This document shows positions 42,546 to 55,930 of a stretch of DNA of 64,000 nt, in pieces (the first letter of the stretch is position 1; the number at the start of each line of letters is the position of its first letter). Both the position numbers and the translations under genes were made by a program. This DNA comes from Antedon mediterranea (lineage: Eukaryota; Animalia; Echinodermata). Below the pieces are notes generated by a model. The model had not been told where the DNA came from. It did not search any database and saw only the letters and a program-made list of their open reading frames with translations. The stretch covers positions 26,418,437 through 26,482,436 of the forward strand of contig NC_092672.1 in NCBI RefSeq assembly GCF_964355755.1. Reading direction: 5' to 3'.

Positions 42546-44215
42546 TGTTATCTGTTTTTATTGACAATGTATGAAACACATTTGATTGACATGCGCATTA
42601 GTCAACGTTGTCGATTATTGGCGCGAATAACGATACGCAACCAACCGCTACCCACCCTCATGGTATTCAGCGAGTGAGACGAGCATGCACCACATGTTTG
42701 GATGGAATCTGGAATGCATACCCACAACTGTCAGTATCATCCTATTGTTGAGGTAGGCCTACAGTACAGTATGTAAAGTAGCCCATTCCTTAGAGCTGTA
42801 CTGTAAACCAGTATAGGCCTAGGCCTAGCCTAGCTAGGGAGGCATAATAAATAGTATCCTAGCCTAGCTAGGCCTACTGGTTCACAGCTACAGTAGCGCC
42901 TAGCTAGTCTACTAGGGCTAGGCCAAGGGGCATAGGCTTAGCCTAGGCCTACTGGGCCTAACTAGGCAGGCCGCATAAACTAGCTAAATGCCTACATCAC
43001 GCAGCTTAAATGCCTACACACAGAATAATTTCGCCAGTGTAGCATAGCAAAAAGCTATACTAGCCTAGGCCTATTAGTATTACAAAACAACCTTTTTGCT
43101 ACAGATTTTTAAAATTGTGTAGCAAAAAATACAATACAAAACTATGTTTCTCGACTTGAACATCAGTTTGATTAGCAATATTGCTAAACAAAATTTAAAA
43201 ATGAAATTTTCCCCTGCTACATCACGCAGAGCTTGCTGGCTATAGTAATTAGTAGACCGAATTTGCTGTTCAATTTAGCCAAAATTGTTTTATTCTTTAT
43301 TAATGACATTTCATTTGTACATTGATTGTTTATAAATGTAGGGTATCCATATATAGGCTATATAGGCTATATATATATAGGCCTAGGCCTATATAAAGTT
43401 ATTGTCATGCTTTTGTTATGTTATGCACAATTTGAAATTGGGCATGACAACGTTTCGCTATTTGAACAGACTAAAATAAATATGTTACTGTTGAGTGTCA
43501 GCGTTTACTGTACATGTCATCAATTTAAAGGATTTATTTGTTTATACATTTTATAAGGGTCAGACGTGAGCCTACTTATGAGGCCTACTTAAAGCCTAAA
43601 TCCAAGATTTGCTATTCATGATATAGTTAGTTAAAGGACAACTGTACCGAGGACCATATTTTAAAAACGTATTAGGGGTATACATATGATTTCAGAACCA
43701 TCGCGAAATCGAGGATATCGCCGCACGCGCTCGCCGTACAGCCGTCGCCGTAAATTGCTGTGACGTCACAGGTGCATCGCATAATCTACTTAATGAGTTT
43801 TCGCTGTTGTTACCATACAAAAGATAGGTACCGTCACTTCAATTGCTTATTTAACCTTTTAAATTACTTAAATTTGCCAAAATGTTTTCCTGGTATTTTG
43901 AAGAAACACTTCAATATCCAGATAGGCAAAACAAACAATAAAAAAATTCAACTTTTATATTTTTTACGATTTATTTAAAAAGTGTGTTTACTAGAAATGT
44001 TCGCGCTTTGCGAGACTTGTCTATGGGACCCGAAGAGTAGCTAGTAGAGAAACATGACGTATGACGTTCTGGAATCATTCAACCATATCGGACTCAAAAC
44101 TTTTTCTCTGCTAGCTAGCGATTTTTGGGCCGTGTGCGAGCTTCCTCCTCCTCGTGTGTGTGACGGTGGTGTGATCAACATTGTGTAGAGTAGTAGTAGA
44201 GAGAGGGAACTGAAA

Positions 44216-47200
44216 ATGCCGGCGTGTGTTGTTTCAAATTGTCGGGAATACGAAAAAGCCCGATTAGATGGAATACCCTTTCATACCTTTCCAAATGATA
44301 AGGCGTTGGCCAGAAGATGGTTAACTGTTATTAGAAACGCTAATTTGAATCCCGGCTGTAAGCCGTCGACATACAGAACTTTGCGAGTTTGTGGAAAGTA
44401 CTTCATGAAGTCAGATTACCTACCTGACCCAAAACACGATCTAGCTCCGCATCTTTACAAGCCAAAACACCGCCTGAAACCTGACGCAGTACCAAGTATA
44501 TTTGCATTTAACAAACCTAGTAGTACAACTATGAGAAGTGCATTTAAAAAAAGACAGGAGGCTGGTAATCAAGAATCGGTAAGAACAATGATGAATTTAC
44601 CACCAGAACAATAATATATTAATAATTAGGCCTAATATATCAAAGTAAAATATAGGCCTAATAAGTTTTTTTTTTCTTTTTATGTTTAGGCTAAGCCTAA
44701 AAAAAAATTAACAATTGACTGGGCCTACTACTCTGTACATTATTAAAATATTACATTTATGATATAGGCCTAGGGATTTTAGGCTATGCCTAGCCTATAA
44801 ATCCAAACAAGAAAAAATATAGCCTATGCTAGATAGTATTACTACTACTACTAGCTAGAGATAGGCCCTTTCTTAGTGCATTATTTTTTTTAAATGAAAA
44901 ATGCTATAATGATGATTACTACTAACTAGGCCTACTAACTACTAGCCATCATTTGGTGATTGAGAACAACAACAAATAACACTAACTATAGTTTAAAAAA
45001 ACAATTCTATTTTTTGTTACTGTGTAGAAATGGTATTAAAGAAAAATAAATATATTTAGGTTTTCACAGGCTCAGAATCATCGCATACATCACATGATGT
45101 CCAAGAAAAAAAATCAGTACATGGCAATGATGATGAGGTATGATTATTTATGGTTTATCTATCTTCACCAACTTGTGAATGCGTAGTGTATGTAATAATA
45201 TCAAATTCTGTAAACTATATAATATTATAATTTTACAGGACTTAAATGTAAGCTTTTCATCATCACATGGAAATGAGTCGATGGGATGGATACCAGAAGA
45301 GGACAGTTCTTCTCCCTCTGAAGAAGAAATAGAAGTAGTAGATGATAATGTTACAGGAAAAGTGATAGTCAATGTTGATAGTGTGCTTGAAATGTTTAAG
45401 CGATGCCAAGAATGCGGTCAGAAGATAATATCAACAAATGTGTTATACAGGGGAGCACAAATAATTGTACATTGGCAATGTACTGAATATCACTTTGGCA
45501 AATGGGAAAGCTGTCCAGATGTTCGTGGAATGGCAGAAATCAATTTACTTACAGCCTCTGCTATTTTGTACAGTGGAAACACATATCAAGCAATTAATAA
45601 TTTTGCTAAAATTCTTGATATGCATTTTTTATCATCATCAAGTTTTTATCAAATTCGAAAATGTTATTTGTTGCCAGTCATAAATGAAGCATATAAGGAA
45701 CAACAAGATGTGATGATTGCCGAACTCATTTTAAGAAGTTTGGATAATGAGACTATCTCAATTTTGGGGGACGCCCGGTCAGACTCGCCAGGGTATTCCG
45801 CAAAATATTCTACGTACTCTTTTATTGAAGAGAAAAGTGACAAAATTGTTGATGCTCGGCTGATACAAGTGACGGAATGTTCCAGCTCAGTAGCAATGGA
45901 AAAGGAAGGTTTCATCAGAAGTTTAGAGTTTTTGTTGGGTCATGGCATCAACATCAAAACAATCACAACTGACAGATCACCATCAATCAGAAAAGTTATG
46001 AAGGACGAATACTGGGAGATATCACATCAGCTTGATTGCTGGCATGTTTGTAAAGGTATGATTGATACAGTAAAATAATTTTCTAACAAACTAAAACCAA
46101 ATTAAATCCTTCATTTTTTTTACTCTCATCAGTATATAAATAAGCACCATATACATATTGTACAAATGAGCATTATATGAGTTTGCTCTAATCTATCTCA
46201 TCTCACACAGTGTAATTTCAATTGACACTTCTTCTAGTCTACTAGTGTAGCACCAGCGAGTACAGTATATACTGTAATCATGTTTGTAAAGTTCATAAAT
46301 TGTTTTACTAATACTATATTGTATATTTTATCAAATATTTCAGGCATTAAAAAGAAAGTCTTGGCAAGTGGTAAAAAGAAGGGAAATGAGCACCTATTAT
46401 TGTGGACCAAGAGCATAACAAACCATTTGTGGTTCTGTTGTGCAACTTGTAAAGGTGATGTCCAGGTATGACCACTAGTGAATTTTTTTTTCAATCGACA
46501 GGGGTGAAGAGGAAAAGCAAAAGTAATGAAACTCTCATCTTGTGATGTGCTTAACAAGCCCTGTCAATATACTGTAAACAAAACAAAAATATATATTTAT
46601 GTACATCATCATATTGATAATTGATATATAAAATACTCAAAATTAAAAAATCAGTTCTGCTTTATACTGTGTTTATTATTAATAAGTACTATATAATTAA
46701 TACAGAAATAAAAATAAAGTTGTGTCCAATAAAAAATATTGCAGTACTATATAAACTGCTCTTATACTAGTATAAAAGAAAAAAGAGCACCATCATCATC
46801 ATTCTCTAAATTGAGCTTTACACTATTTTTTTACTAATGTTTAGGTACTCAAAAACAGGTGGAAATCAATTTTAAATCACGTGGTAAATGTTCACAGATG
46901 GGAGGAAGATGGGATTGAGAATACCTGTGCACACAGTGCCCTAACAGAAGAAGAAGCAGAAAGCAAGATATGGCTAGAATATGATTCGCCAGCCTATGAT
47001 GCTTTGAAAAAAATTGTACTGGATAAAAGATTAGATAATGATCTTGGTCAACTTGGAGAATTTAAGCATACTGGTGGGTGTGAAATGTTTTTTGTGTAGA
47101 CAATAAGAATTAAACGTTAGTGTAAAACCCATTTTACTTACTCACTGCTCAATTCTTCAATTCAGGTACCTTAGAGTCCTATCATGCCTCGTACACCAAG

Positions 47201-47713
47201 TTTGCCCCAAAACGAATTCACTTTCATTATGGTTCTATGCAAGGCAGGACTCAGCTAGCAGTTATAGATCATAATGCTAATGTTGGCAGGAAACAGGCAC
47301 AAACAATTGCAGGTAATACTTATAATGCATGTAATAAAATAATACGACACTTTAAGTTAATATACAACATTTTATTATATTCTCTGTTCACCCATGTCTA
47401 AACTGTCTAGTCCAGCTACATAATAGGCCTATTAAAAATGATTTGTTTTTCTGAATTTAATTGTAGGTGATCTTCGATACAAAATGGTTTGCCCAAAAAA
47501 ATTTATGAAGCTAAAAAATATGATTACGTTGTTGATCTGGTTGAGAAGACGCTACAGAGACGAATGGACCCAGGTATAAGGTACAAATATACAGAATCTG
47601 CAGTGCCTCTTCCAGAATTACCAAAAAACATCTCAAAGCAGGAACAACCTTCTAAAGATTTATTAATAAATGAATATTGTCAAAGAACCGAGCAAATTAT
47701 GGATAATCAGTAG
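44216..47713 (+). CDS. Kolobok THAP-DDE transposase (7 exons, probably damaged)
   Basis: Exons 44216-44578, 45060-45137, 45239-46055, 46344-46465, 46845-47073, 47166-47312, 47467-47713. THAP (CVVSNC, FHTFP, RRW, LKPDAVPSIF), GDARSDSPGYSAKY, TTDR, HQLDCWH, HTGTLESYH...APKR. Apparent frameshift near 47495. Confidence 0.88.
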
Positions 47714-47792
47714 ATGATTATGATGGTGATGATTTAAATACTGTTGTTATACAAAGTTTATTTTTCAGTTTAATCGAACAAATTATGCATCA

Positions 47793-48759
47793 TCAGTAGC
47801 AGGCCAAGAAAAACCTTTGTATGTTCCATCAGGTGAAGGAAACTTTTCTCTAATTTTCTTGACCAAACAAGCTGGCAATACCATTCTGTTCTTGTAGCCT
47901 AGTTTTTCACCTTGTAGAATCCATTGTAGTACAACTCTGTAAGCTACAAGGCGGTATTGTCTGATAATTTAAAAAAATGAATGACTTTAGCTAAGTCTGT
48001 TAAAAATAAAAAGTGCCATGTTTTCTATATTTTGTTTTACTCACTGCTTGTTGATATCTAGTATTCTATATAGTAATTGGTTATTAGAGTGACTTTTGAA
48101 AACATGGTCATGCAAAACAGATTTAGTGGTCAAATGTATTTTTAAAAACAAAACATATTCTTGTGCTTATAGAGTAGTTCTCTTGAGTTTAACACAATGG
48201 AACTAGCGGCAAAATGAATGTATTATGTAGAAAGAATAAAAAAAATAAATAAAGGAAGAAAGATATCTTGAATAAAAAACCAAAAGCCTTACTCATTATT
48301 TAGTTGGCCATGTAGGCCCCTTGGTTTCGGAAATTGTTTCCAGTTGTGTCGATGACTTCGAAAAAATGTTGTCAAAACACTTGTATTTAAGTGTGCTTCA
48401 AGATCACAATGAGATGTAATGCACCGTAATAATAAATCGTCATCTTTTTCCATTGGAGTTGTAGTAGGCCTCTCTCTCTCTAACAAAGACAATGTTTGTT
48501 GAACTTCATTGCAACATACACATTCGTCTTCCGTTGCCATTGGTGTACAAAAACCACATGTACACCAAAAACTGTCATTCAGTCTACTTACTAAAGCAGT
48601 TGGCAGGGGTGCAACTGCACTATTATTCTTCTCCTTTCTTCTGCGCTCTATCTCGGTTGGTGAGTATTGTGGTTCAAATAAATATGGTTTTGGAACAGAA
48701 TAAAAAATATCGTCGTCACTTCCATACTCTTCTTCTTCTGTTTCATGCACTTCAGCCAT
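47793..48759 (-). CDS. KolX accessory protein, P2X7 C-terminal ballast/ZCD-like Cys-rich domain
   Basis: Exons 48759-48293 and 47960-47793: PYLFEP, WCTCGFC, ECVCC, CITSH, YRLVAYR..QW, LGYKNRMVLPACLVKKIREKFPSPDGTYKGF. Confidence 0.85.
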
Positions 48760-50273
48760 GTTTTATCGTTATATGTGTCTATGATGAAATTAAATGAGAG
48801 TATTAAATTGGGCTATATTAAATACCGATTTGATATGCACTGCCTAGTAGGCCCTGGGTCTACCTAGTAGTATTCAATCCATCTGCCTAACCCTTCCTCT
48901 AGCTGGGCACAATATGATTATGAGTGAGGATTTCGAGTAAAATATTATTAATATTATTATAATAAGTTCATGAATTTTTAGGCGTTCATAAACGGCGGCC
49001 ATGCCCCACCCACCATGCCATGGCCAAAGGCCCAAAATAATCAGACCCACTCTAAGCTAGTAGTAGAGTACTACTAGGCCTAGGCTGGTACTAGGTAGGC
49101 ATAGTACTATACTAGGCTCTTGCGCATATCAATTAGTAGCCTATTTATTATAGGCCTAGCCTAGTAGAATAGGCTTACCCAGACTCCTACTAGGACTAGG
49201 CTAGGCATATATATAAAAGAAAACAGCGGCAGCAGAGCCAGAGCAGAGGGGACCTAGCTAGGCCTAGGCCTAGGGTTAGGCCTAGTTTTGTTTTCCAAAA
49301 TTGAAATTACGAGACCCTGACACAAAAACAAACATAATCTAATTTTTTTTTTAAACTTACGTGATAAGCCCACGATCAATGCTAAAAAACTTGTCTGGAA
49401 AAATTACAACTATCTCACACACAGAGTTTACCACATCACCACACGTCACATACACACCACCACCACACAGCAGCAGCAGAGAAAAAGTTTTGAGTCCGAT
49501 ATGGTTGAATGATTCCAGAACGTCATACGTCATGTTTCTACTAGCTACTCTTCGGGTCCCATAGACAAGTCTCGCAAAGCGCGAACATTTCTAGTAAACA
49601 CACTTTTTAAATAAATCGTAAAAAATATAAAAGTTGAATTGTTTTATTGTTTGTTTTGTCTATCTGGATATTGAAGTGTTTCTTCAAAATACCAGGAAAA
49701 CATTTTGGCAAATTTAAGTAATTTAAAAGGTTAAATAAGCAATTAAAGTGACGGTACCTATCTATTGTATGGTAACAACAGCGAAAACTCATTAAGTAGA
49801 TTATGCGATGCACCTGTGACGTCACAGCAATTTACGGCGACGGCTGTACGGCGAGCGCGTGCGGCGATATCCTCGATTTCGCGATGGTTCTGAAATCATA
49901 TGTATACCCCTAATACGTTTTTAAAATATGGTCCTCGGTACAGTTGTCCTTTAACACATTTGGAGTTGAAACAGCAGTAGGGCTGGTGTTAGGCTAGCCA
50001 AACCTGCAGGGTATGGCCTAGCCTAGTAGTAGCCCAGCTAGCCCTACTAGACCTGGGTAAAACAATCAATATTTTACTACTAAAATAACAAAATGCGATA
50101 TTCTATTCTTCTTGTAATGTAGAATAATCCTTTAAAATATATCTAAACAAAATATGGGCTTCACCACTAGTACTGTAGTAAGATAGTTAATTCAGTACTG
50201 TATCTGTATTGATGAATTTAATTATTAATAATAATTTGTTTTGTTTCAGATAACTACTGTAAAAAATAAAGCC

Positions 50274-53200
50274 ATGGCATCGCTTTCAACAACTGATATA
50301 GATAATTTAACCAAATCCCTACTATCAAATGACAATTTTTTAACAATCATTCAGAATGTAACTCCAAATGCTCAACCTCAAACACATAGAAATACTACAA
50401 GAAGACCACACCAAGATCTAAATAGTGAAATGAATAGTTTATTTACCACACCAAGATCAAGAAATACCACCAGAAGAAGAACACAAGATAATTCAAGGTC
50501 TCGTTCATGCTCTAATTCTAGGCAAAACCAAAATTACTTCTACTTAAAAGAAGTCATTTTATTGGATACATCATAAAGCGATCAAATACCCAGGGCAAAT
50601 TACTATGGTAAACTAGATGAAAAAGGTTAGTTATTTATTATGATTATTATCCTAATCTACTATGTATTTCAGTTTTTTATTCAATACTAAAAAAAAATAT
50701 TGTTTCTTACAAATTTTTGTTTCAGAAAAGAAATCTTTTCTTTTTTGGCACATTCATTTAAAAAAATGTATTTATAGTCTAAACATTTTAGGTAATGAAC
50801 TTTTTTAAACAAAATTCCTTCCTAAAAGTCAATTGGGATTCATGAATAAATATATAAAAAAAAGTATAGAATAGTGTCTTGAGTAAAAAATCAATTTATT
50901 TTTTTTTCAATCTTTTGAAAGTTGATAAACATTTTCAAGGTTCAACATGGCCTATTTATTTTTGTCTGCATGAGAAATCATATTTACTGATTATGTATCA
51001 TTAAATTTGCTTTTAACACTACAGGTCATGTTTATCATCATGTTGAACTAGAACAATGCATGACAGCAAAAGAAGTTTACAAAAAATTGGAAAATATGTT
51101 TTCAGATATATTGGAAATTGAAAGTGATCCAATTAAGTAAGTTCTTTTGATTTATTTAAATTTAAAATAAAGTACTGTAACTGTAGTGAAAACTAAAATG
51201 TTAAATTTAGTTTACAAGCAATGTTGGATTTGCAAAAAAATATTTTGAATAAGTACATATTTTTGCTCAGCGAAAGTGGGATTCTGATTCTTTATTTTTG
51301 GTTACAAGCATGACTGATTCATGGAAACAACATTCCAGCTTCCTTTTCATCTTCAAAAGATTAAACAAAATGCCTTGCAAAATCTTAACTTTGAGCTTTC
51401 AATATAATGTGATAGTACCAACATAAGAAGTTTGTTAACCTGTGTGCAATGATATGATGTACAGTTAAGATCAGAATAATTTTTGAAGCATTTACATACT
51501 CACTGTTGACTAATAATAATAACAGGATTTTTATAGCGCACATACCACTCAAGAGTGCTCAAGGCGCATAGTAGTTGATTTCTTATTGCAAGACTAGAAC
51601 AATTTTCCATTTCTACAAGCAATCATTGGTCATTACAATATACATACCAGTACATATTCTGAATGTTTTTAATAAATAACTATAATAATAAATGAACTGT
51701 ACCTTGATATTTTGGTGCTGAGCATTCTAAGTCAGAAAAAAAAGAATGCCTTGTGTACAGCTTTCACCTCCCTTCAGTAAATGTTTTAAGTATAACATTT
51801 TGTCATCTACATTTTATAAATTATATCTTTTAGGTTTGAGTTTATGATTGGAATGGGTTCACGATTAACTAAACTACGTTTAACTGATGATCAAGAAAGG
51901 AATGCACAGCTTTTGCATCGTTTATATGGAAACAAGAGGGTGTACTTGTTGCCTTCCCGAGATATTGTTAGTACAACTAACAGTAACATTAGTGACTATT
52001 TATTACCTCTTAGTCCTACATCTGATGCAAAAGAAAGTGATACTGAAGTAAGATACATAACATAACATTTTTGTTTATAACCGGTTTTGTCTAAATCTTT
52101 TCAGTGCAATTGTAAATGAATTAATTGTATTGTGGTATTATGATATGAGATTTTTTTTTTTTTTCAAGATTCAAAAGTTGTATTATAAATCTGAATTGTC
52201 AATTCAATTCAAATAAAGATTTATTTCTTCCAAGTAAAATTAAAAAAACATTTCTTTTTATTTTCAAATTATTTGTGAAATTATAAAAGAATAAAAATAT
52301 AAGAAATGTCTAAAAAATGTTAATGAAAGCGGCAAAAAAAGCTAGAAATATTTATAATGTATGGAACATACTGTATGCAAACAAGTTATTTGCAGTTATC
52401 AGTATATGGTATCTACAATCTGTTAGAGTAATATACAATAGTATTACATGTACAACATGAATGATGAATGTATTTATTATTTAATTTTATTATTCATATG
52501 TAGGTTGTAGACTCAATACAGTGTGTAAACTGTTACAAAATGATTTCCAGTACTGAAAAACACCACTGTAACGGTGGAAGTTCACAGCCTAGAGGTGCAA
52601 ATGAGTGTTCAAGGCAAACTTTAGATTTGTCTAATAAGCAGAGTGTGAGATCATATATATATGAAATGTTCCCAAACCAGTCGACTAAGAGTATTGAAGA
52701 CGCACTTAACTTGGCTGACGTTAATGATGCCATCGACCTTCTCACAAACAACATCTCGAAGGAGGAATGCATAAAGAGCTTTAAAAAAAAGTGTTTGGAA
52801 GAAACAGAACATCTTCAAATTAGAAGGAATGAACTGTGGCGTGATGGAGTCCTGTTCTACAAAAAAAGTTTGGCCGAAAAATCAATGTTAACAAAAAAAC
52901 TGTGCATTGAGTTCACAGGAGAAGAGGGCGTAGATGGTGGGGCCCTTAGTATAGATTTTTTTGACACATTTTTCAAAGAGTCCATTAATCGTTTGTTTGA
53001 CAAGACTGACGTTGGTTTTATTCCAAATCGTTCAGGAAACAATCTAGTTCCCTTTAAGATTCTGGGGTTGGCAATTTCGCATAGTTTGTTACATGGTGGG
53101 CCACCATTTCCAAATCTACCTATGTGGGCCTATTTATATATTGCAGGAAAACCAGAAGAGGAAATAGATTCTATATTGTCAGGGCATCAACCCAAAGAAA

Positions 53201-53862
53201 TAATCCCATTAAATGCAGCAACTGCCAATTTGTTGGCTTTTTTGAATGGATTGGATAATTGTAAGAGCACAGAAGAGATAGATAACCTTATGGATGAATC
53301 AGCAGAGGGGCCAGCCTATGAGCAGTTAATCAATTCAAGTCAATGGCCAGTTGAATGTAAAATTTCAATTGAAAATGTTGAAACATTAAAAAGTATGCTA
53401 ATCAGAGATGAAGTAGTTGGCAAACGAGAGAAGCAACTACGAAGCATAAGAGATGGCCTTCAGTATACAGAACTTATGCCATTCATTGAAAGATGCGATG
53501 AAATGTGTTCTATTTTCCTAATGAAACATGTGGATATGACACCCGAGTTGATGGTAGACATAGTAGAGTGGGATACTCTGGAGAATGTTCATAAAGAGAA
53601 AGAGTGGTTACGGGAAGCAATTAATGAGATGTCATGCCAAGAATTAACATGTATGCTAAAATTTTGTACCAGCTTTACACAGTTCGACAATATTAATAAG
53701 CCAAGAATATACCTGGAAAAGAAAGATGACAGGATGTGGCCAGAATCATCTGTTTGTACGTCGACTTTATTTTTACCTTTAGGGTATACCAACAAAGATG
53801 AGTTCAAATCTTGCATAAAAAGTGCTTTTAAATATGGGCATGAAGGCTTTGGAAGATTATAA
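50274..53862 (+). CDS. Transposon-borne CUE + HECT-domain E3 ubiquitin ligase-like gene (premature stop in first coding exon)
   Basis: Exons 50274-50625, 51025-51136, 51834-52047, 52504-53862 in continuous frame except TAA at 50574-50576. HECT motifs IEFTGEEGVDGGAL, SLLHGGP, MLKFCT, WPESSVC...LFLP and terminal GFGRL. CUE-like YEMFP...DAIDLL. Confidence 0.85.
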
Positions 53863-55739
53863 CAGAATTATAGCATTGTTTTCTCAAACCAAAAATGTTG
53901 TTGATAGCTGATCTTATTCAATTGTTATGTTTCTTTGAATGCTTGAGCATTAAGGCTTTAGACAATTTAGTTTTTACTGTAGCAATAATAGCTTTAAAAT
54001 GTTTAGTAATTAAGTGCTAACATGTTTAATACAATAATGACATTCAGTTTTGTTATTGTTAATATGTTTTTATTGTTTTAATCAAGCTTAATTCAAAGTC
54101 TTAATTCCAATTTAAAAAAAAAATATTTTGCAATTAGTGGCTACATTTTTTTAAACAATTTTTGTTTAATAGATTTGTTGGGAAACACAATCATAAAGTT
54201 AATTTTATCACATACAGTGGTAGTTATATTTTGAACACCAGTTTTAACATAGTTACATGTATGTTTTAATGATGGAGGGTTTTATTCTTAAATCACATTT
54301 AAATAATTATATAATATTGAGAGTTTTTTTCCCTAAAAATCATATTATGAATTGCTCATTTATGTCAGACTTCAATACTTGATTTTTATGTATAGAAATT
54401 GATTTTCTACTGCATCTTAAATGTATAAAGATAATTTCATGTTAAATATCTTCAATGCTTGTTACTTTCATTCATTTAATACCATGTACCACATTTTTTT
54501 TCCTGGTACTTTTATACTTGAAATGCATATAAACTATACTTTGGTAATGTTTGGGTTACTTATAAACCAAAGGAGGCATTTCTATTGAAAAAAAAAATTT
54601 GGTTTAGAATAAAAGAACAGCCTCTATAATAATCTATTTCTTTGCACTTATGGGTATGTTAAATAATTCCACAGAAATTTTACTTAACAACATGCTTCTT
54701 GTTATTAGATTAAAAACTGATTTTATAACGTATTTATAGTATGGTACCTTCATGGAGTTTGGCATACTTTTTAAAGTTTGTGATTGTATTTGAAACAATT
54801 AAACACTGCATTAAAAGTATTTTTGAGTCTCTTATTTTGTTGTTTGTTTGAACTTATTGAAAGTATACCACTGCAAAAACAAGGTCACAAAGGTTAATTT
54901 TGGAAGTTGATGCGACAAATAATATTAGTATACTATACGAATCATGTACGTGTGTAATTATATTTTTAGGTGATCATTTAGAATAAAATGATCATCTATT
55001 ATTATTGTATGAAATCTTTATTGTTATTTTTTTTCTTTTTATTGTTTCTGTACACTATTTTGTGTAACAATTATCTCAAAAAGTTCACTCATCTGTGACG
55101 TAATTTATACGCAATTTTGTGAAATCACATTATCGATCATATCTCTATATTACTTGTAATCACATGTCAATAAAATTTACTATACATAAACTGCATGTCA
55201 AGGGTAAAAAGAATAGCAAATAAAATAAAAATTAATAGTGAAATCGCGCGTTAAAAATTTAAAAAGCTCAAGATTACATTCACCAAATTTGAGTCTATTC
55301 CGACTTTAAATAACGCTATACGAGCAGGTTAAAAAATGACAAAATGCGCACATTAATTGCACAAAAGTGTCAAAAACGGTAAAAAATAAGGCCTTATAAT
55401 ATATAAATATAACTCTTCAGAATGGACGCTTACCCCCATTTTTTTAAACTGATTATGGAAGCCAATGAGTTGGAGTTATGAATGCATCATGTACATATTA
55501 GACGTACAAAATTATATGATGTCATCATTTGGCCACAAGAATAACAAAAATTGGATTTTTTTCGTTTCATCTTAGACAATCATATTGAACAGGGGGCATC
55601 TCGCTTATCTGTGATCGATTTTCTTTAAATTTTTAATATTCTACCTCAACCAATTATGTTACTCATGAGTTGCCAACATTTCCATTTAGATGATTTCATC
55701 ATGTCTAAAAATTTAAATAACGCTGATTACGTAATTTAA

Positions 55740-55930
55740 TAATAATAATATAATAATACCAGATTTATATAGCGCCCTTTTCATGAGTAATCATGCTCAA
55801 AGGCGCTTTACAAGCATTATTACCCCAGTATTTTTTGGGATCAAACACGTATGGAAACATACTCCCATAATGCAGCCGGTAACCAGCGCAGTTGTGTCTA
55901 AGAGTATCTTGCCTACGGATACAAACAATG
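55740..55930 (-). mobile_element. Deleted, truncated copy of the 1103-1403 SINE inside the IS3EU-like element
   Basis: Near-identical 3' half and (ATT)n tail. The core is deleted and the head is missing. Confidence 0.85.

Larger units (their letters stand above)
43635..49950. mobile_element. Full-length Kolobok DNA transposon (6316 bp)
   Basis: TTAA TSD at 43631-43634 and 49951-49954. AG...CT ends. Near-perfect TIRs 43635-44112 / 49475-49950. Two convergent genes. Confidence 0.93.

Noticed and set aside
43760-43978. Duplicated 72-aa ORF, also at 49607-49825
   Set aside because: Both lie in the Kolobok TIRs, use a non-ATG start and have no domain.
47793-48759. A host P2X7 receptor gene
   Set aside because: No transmembrane or ectodomain exons, and it is enclosed by Kolobok TIRs.
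43635-49950. piggyBac assignment based on the TTAA TSD
   Set aside because: Ends are AG..CT rather than CC..GG, and the THAP-DDE plus KolX layout fits Kolobok.
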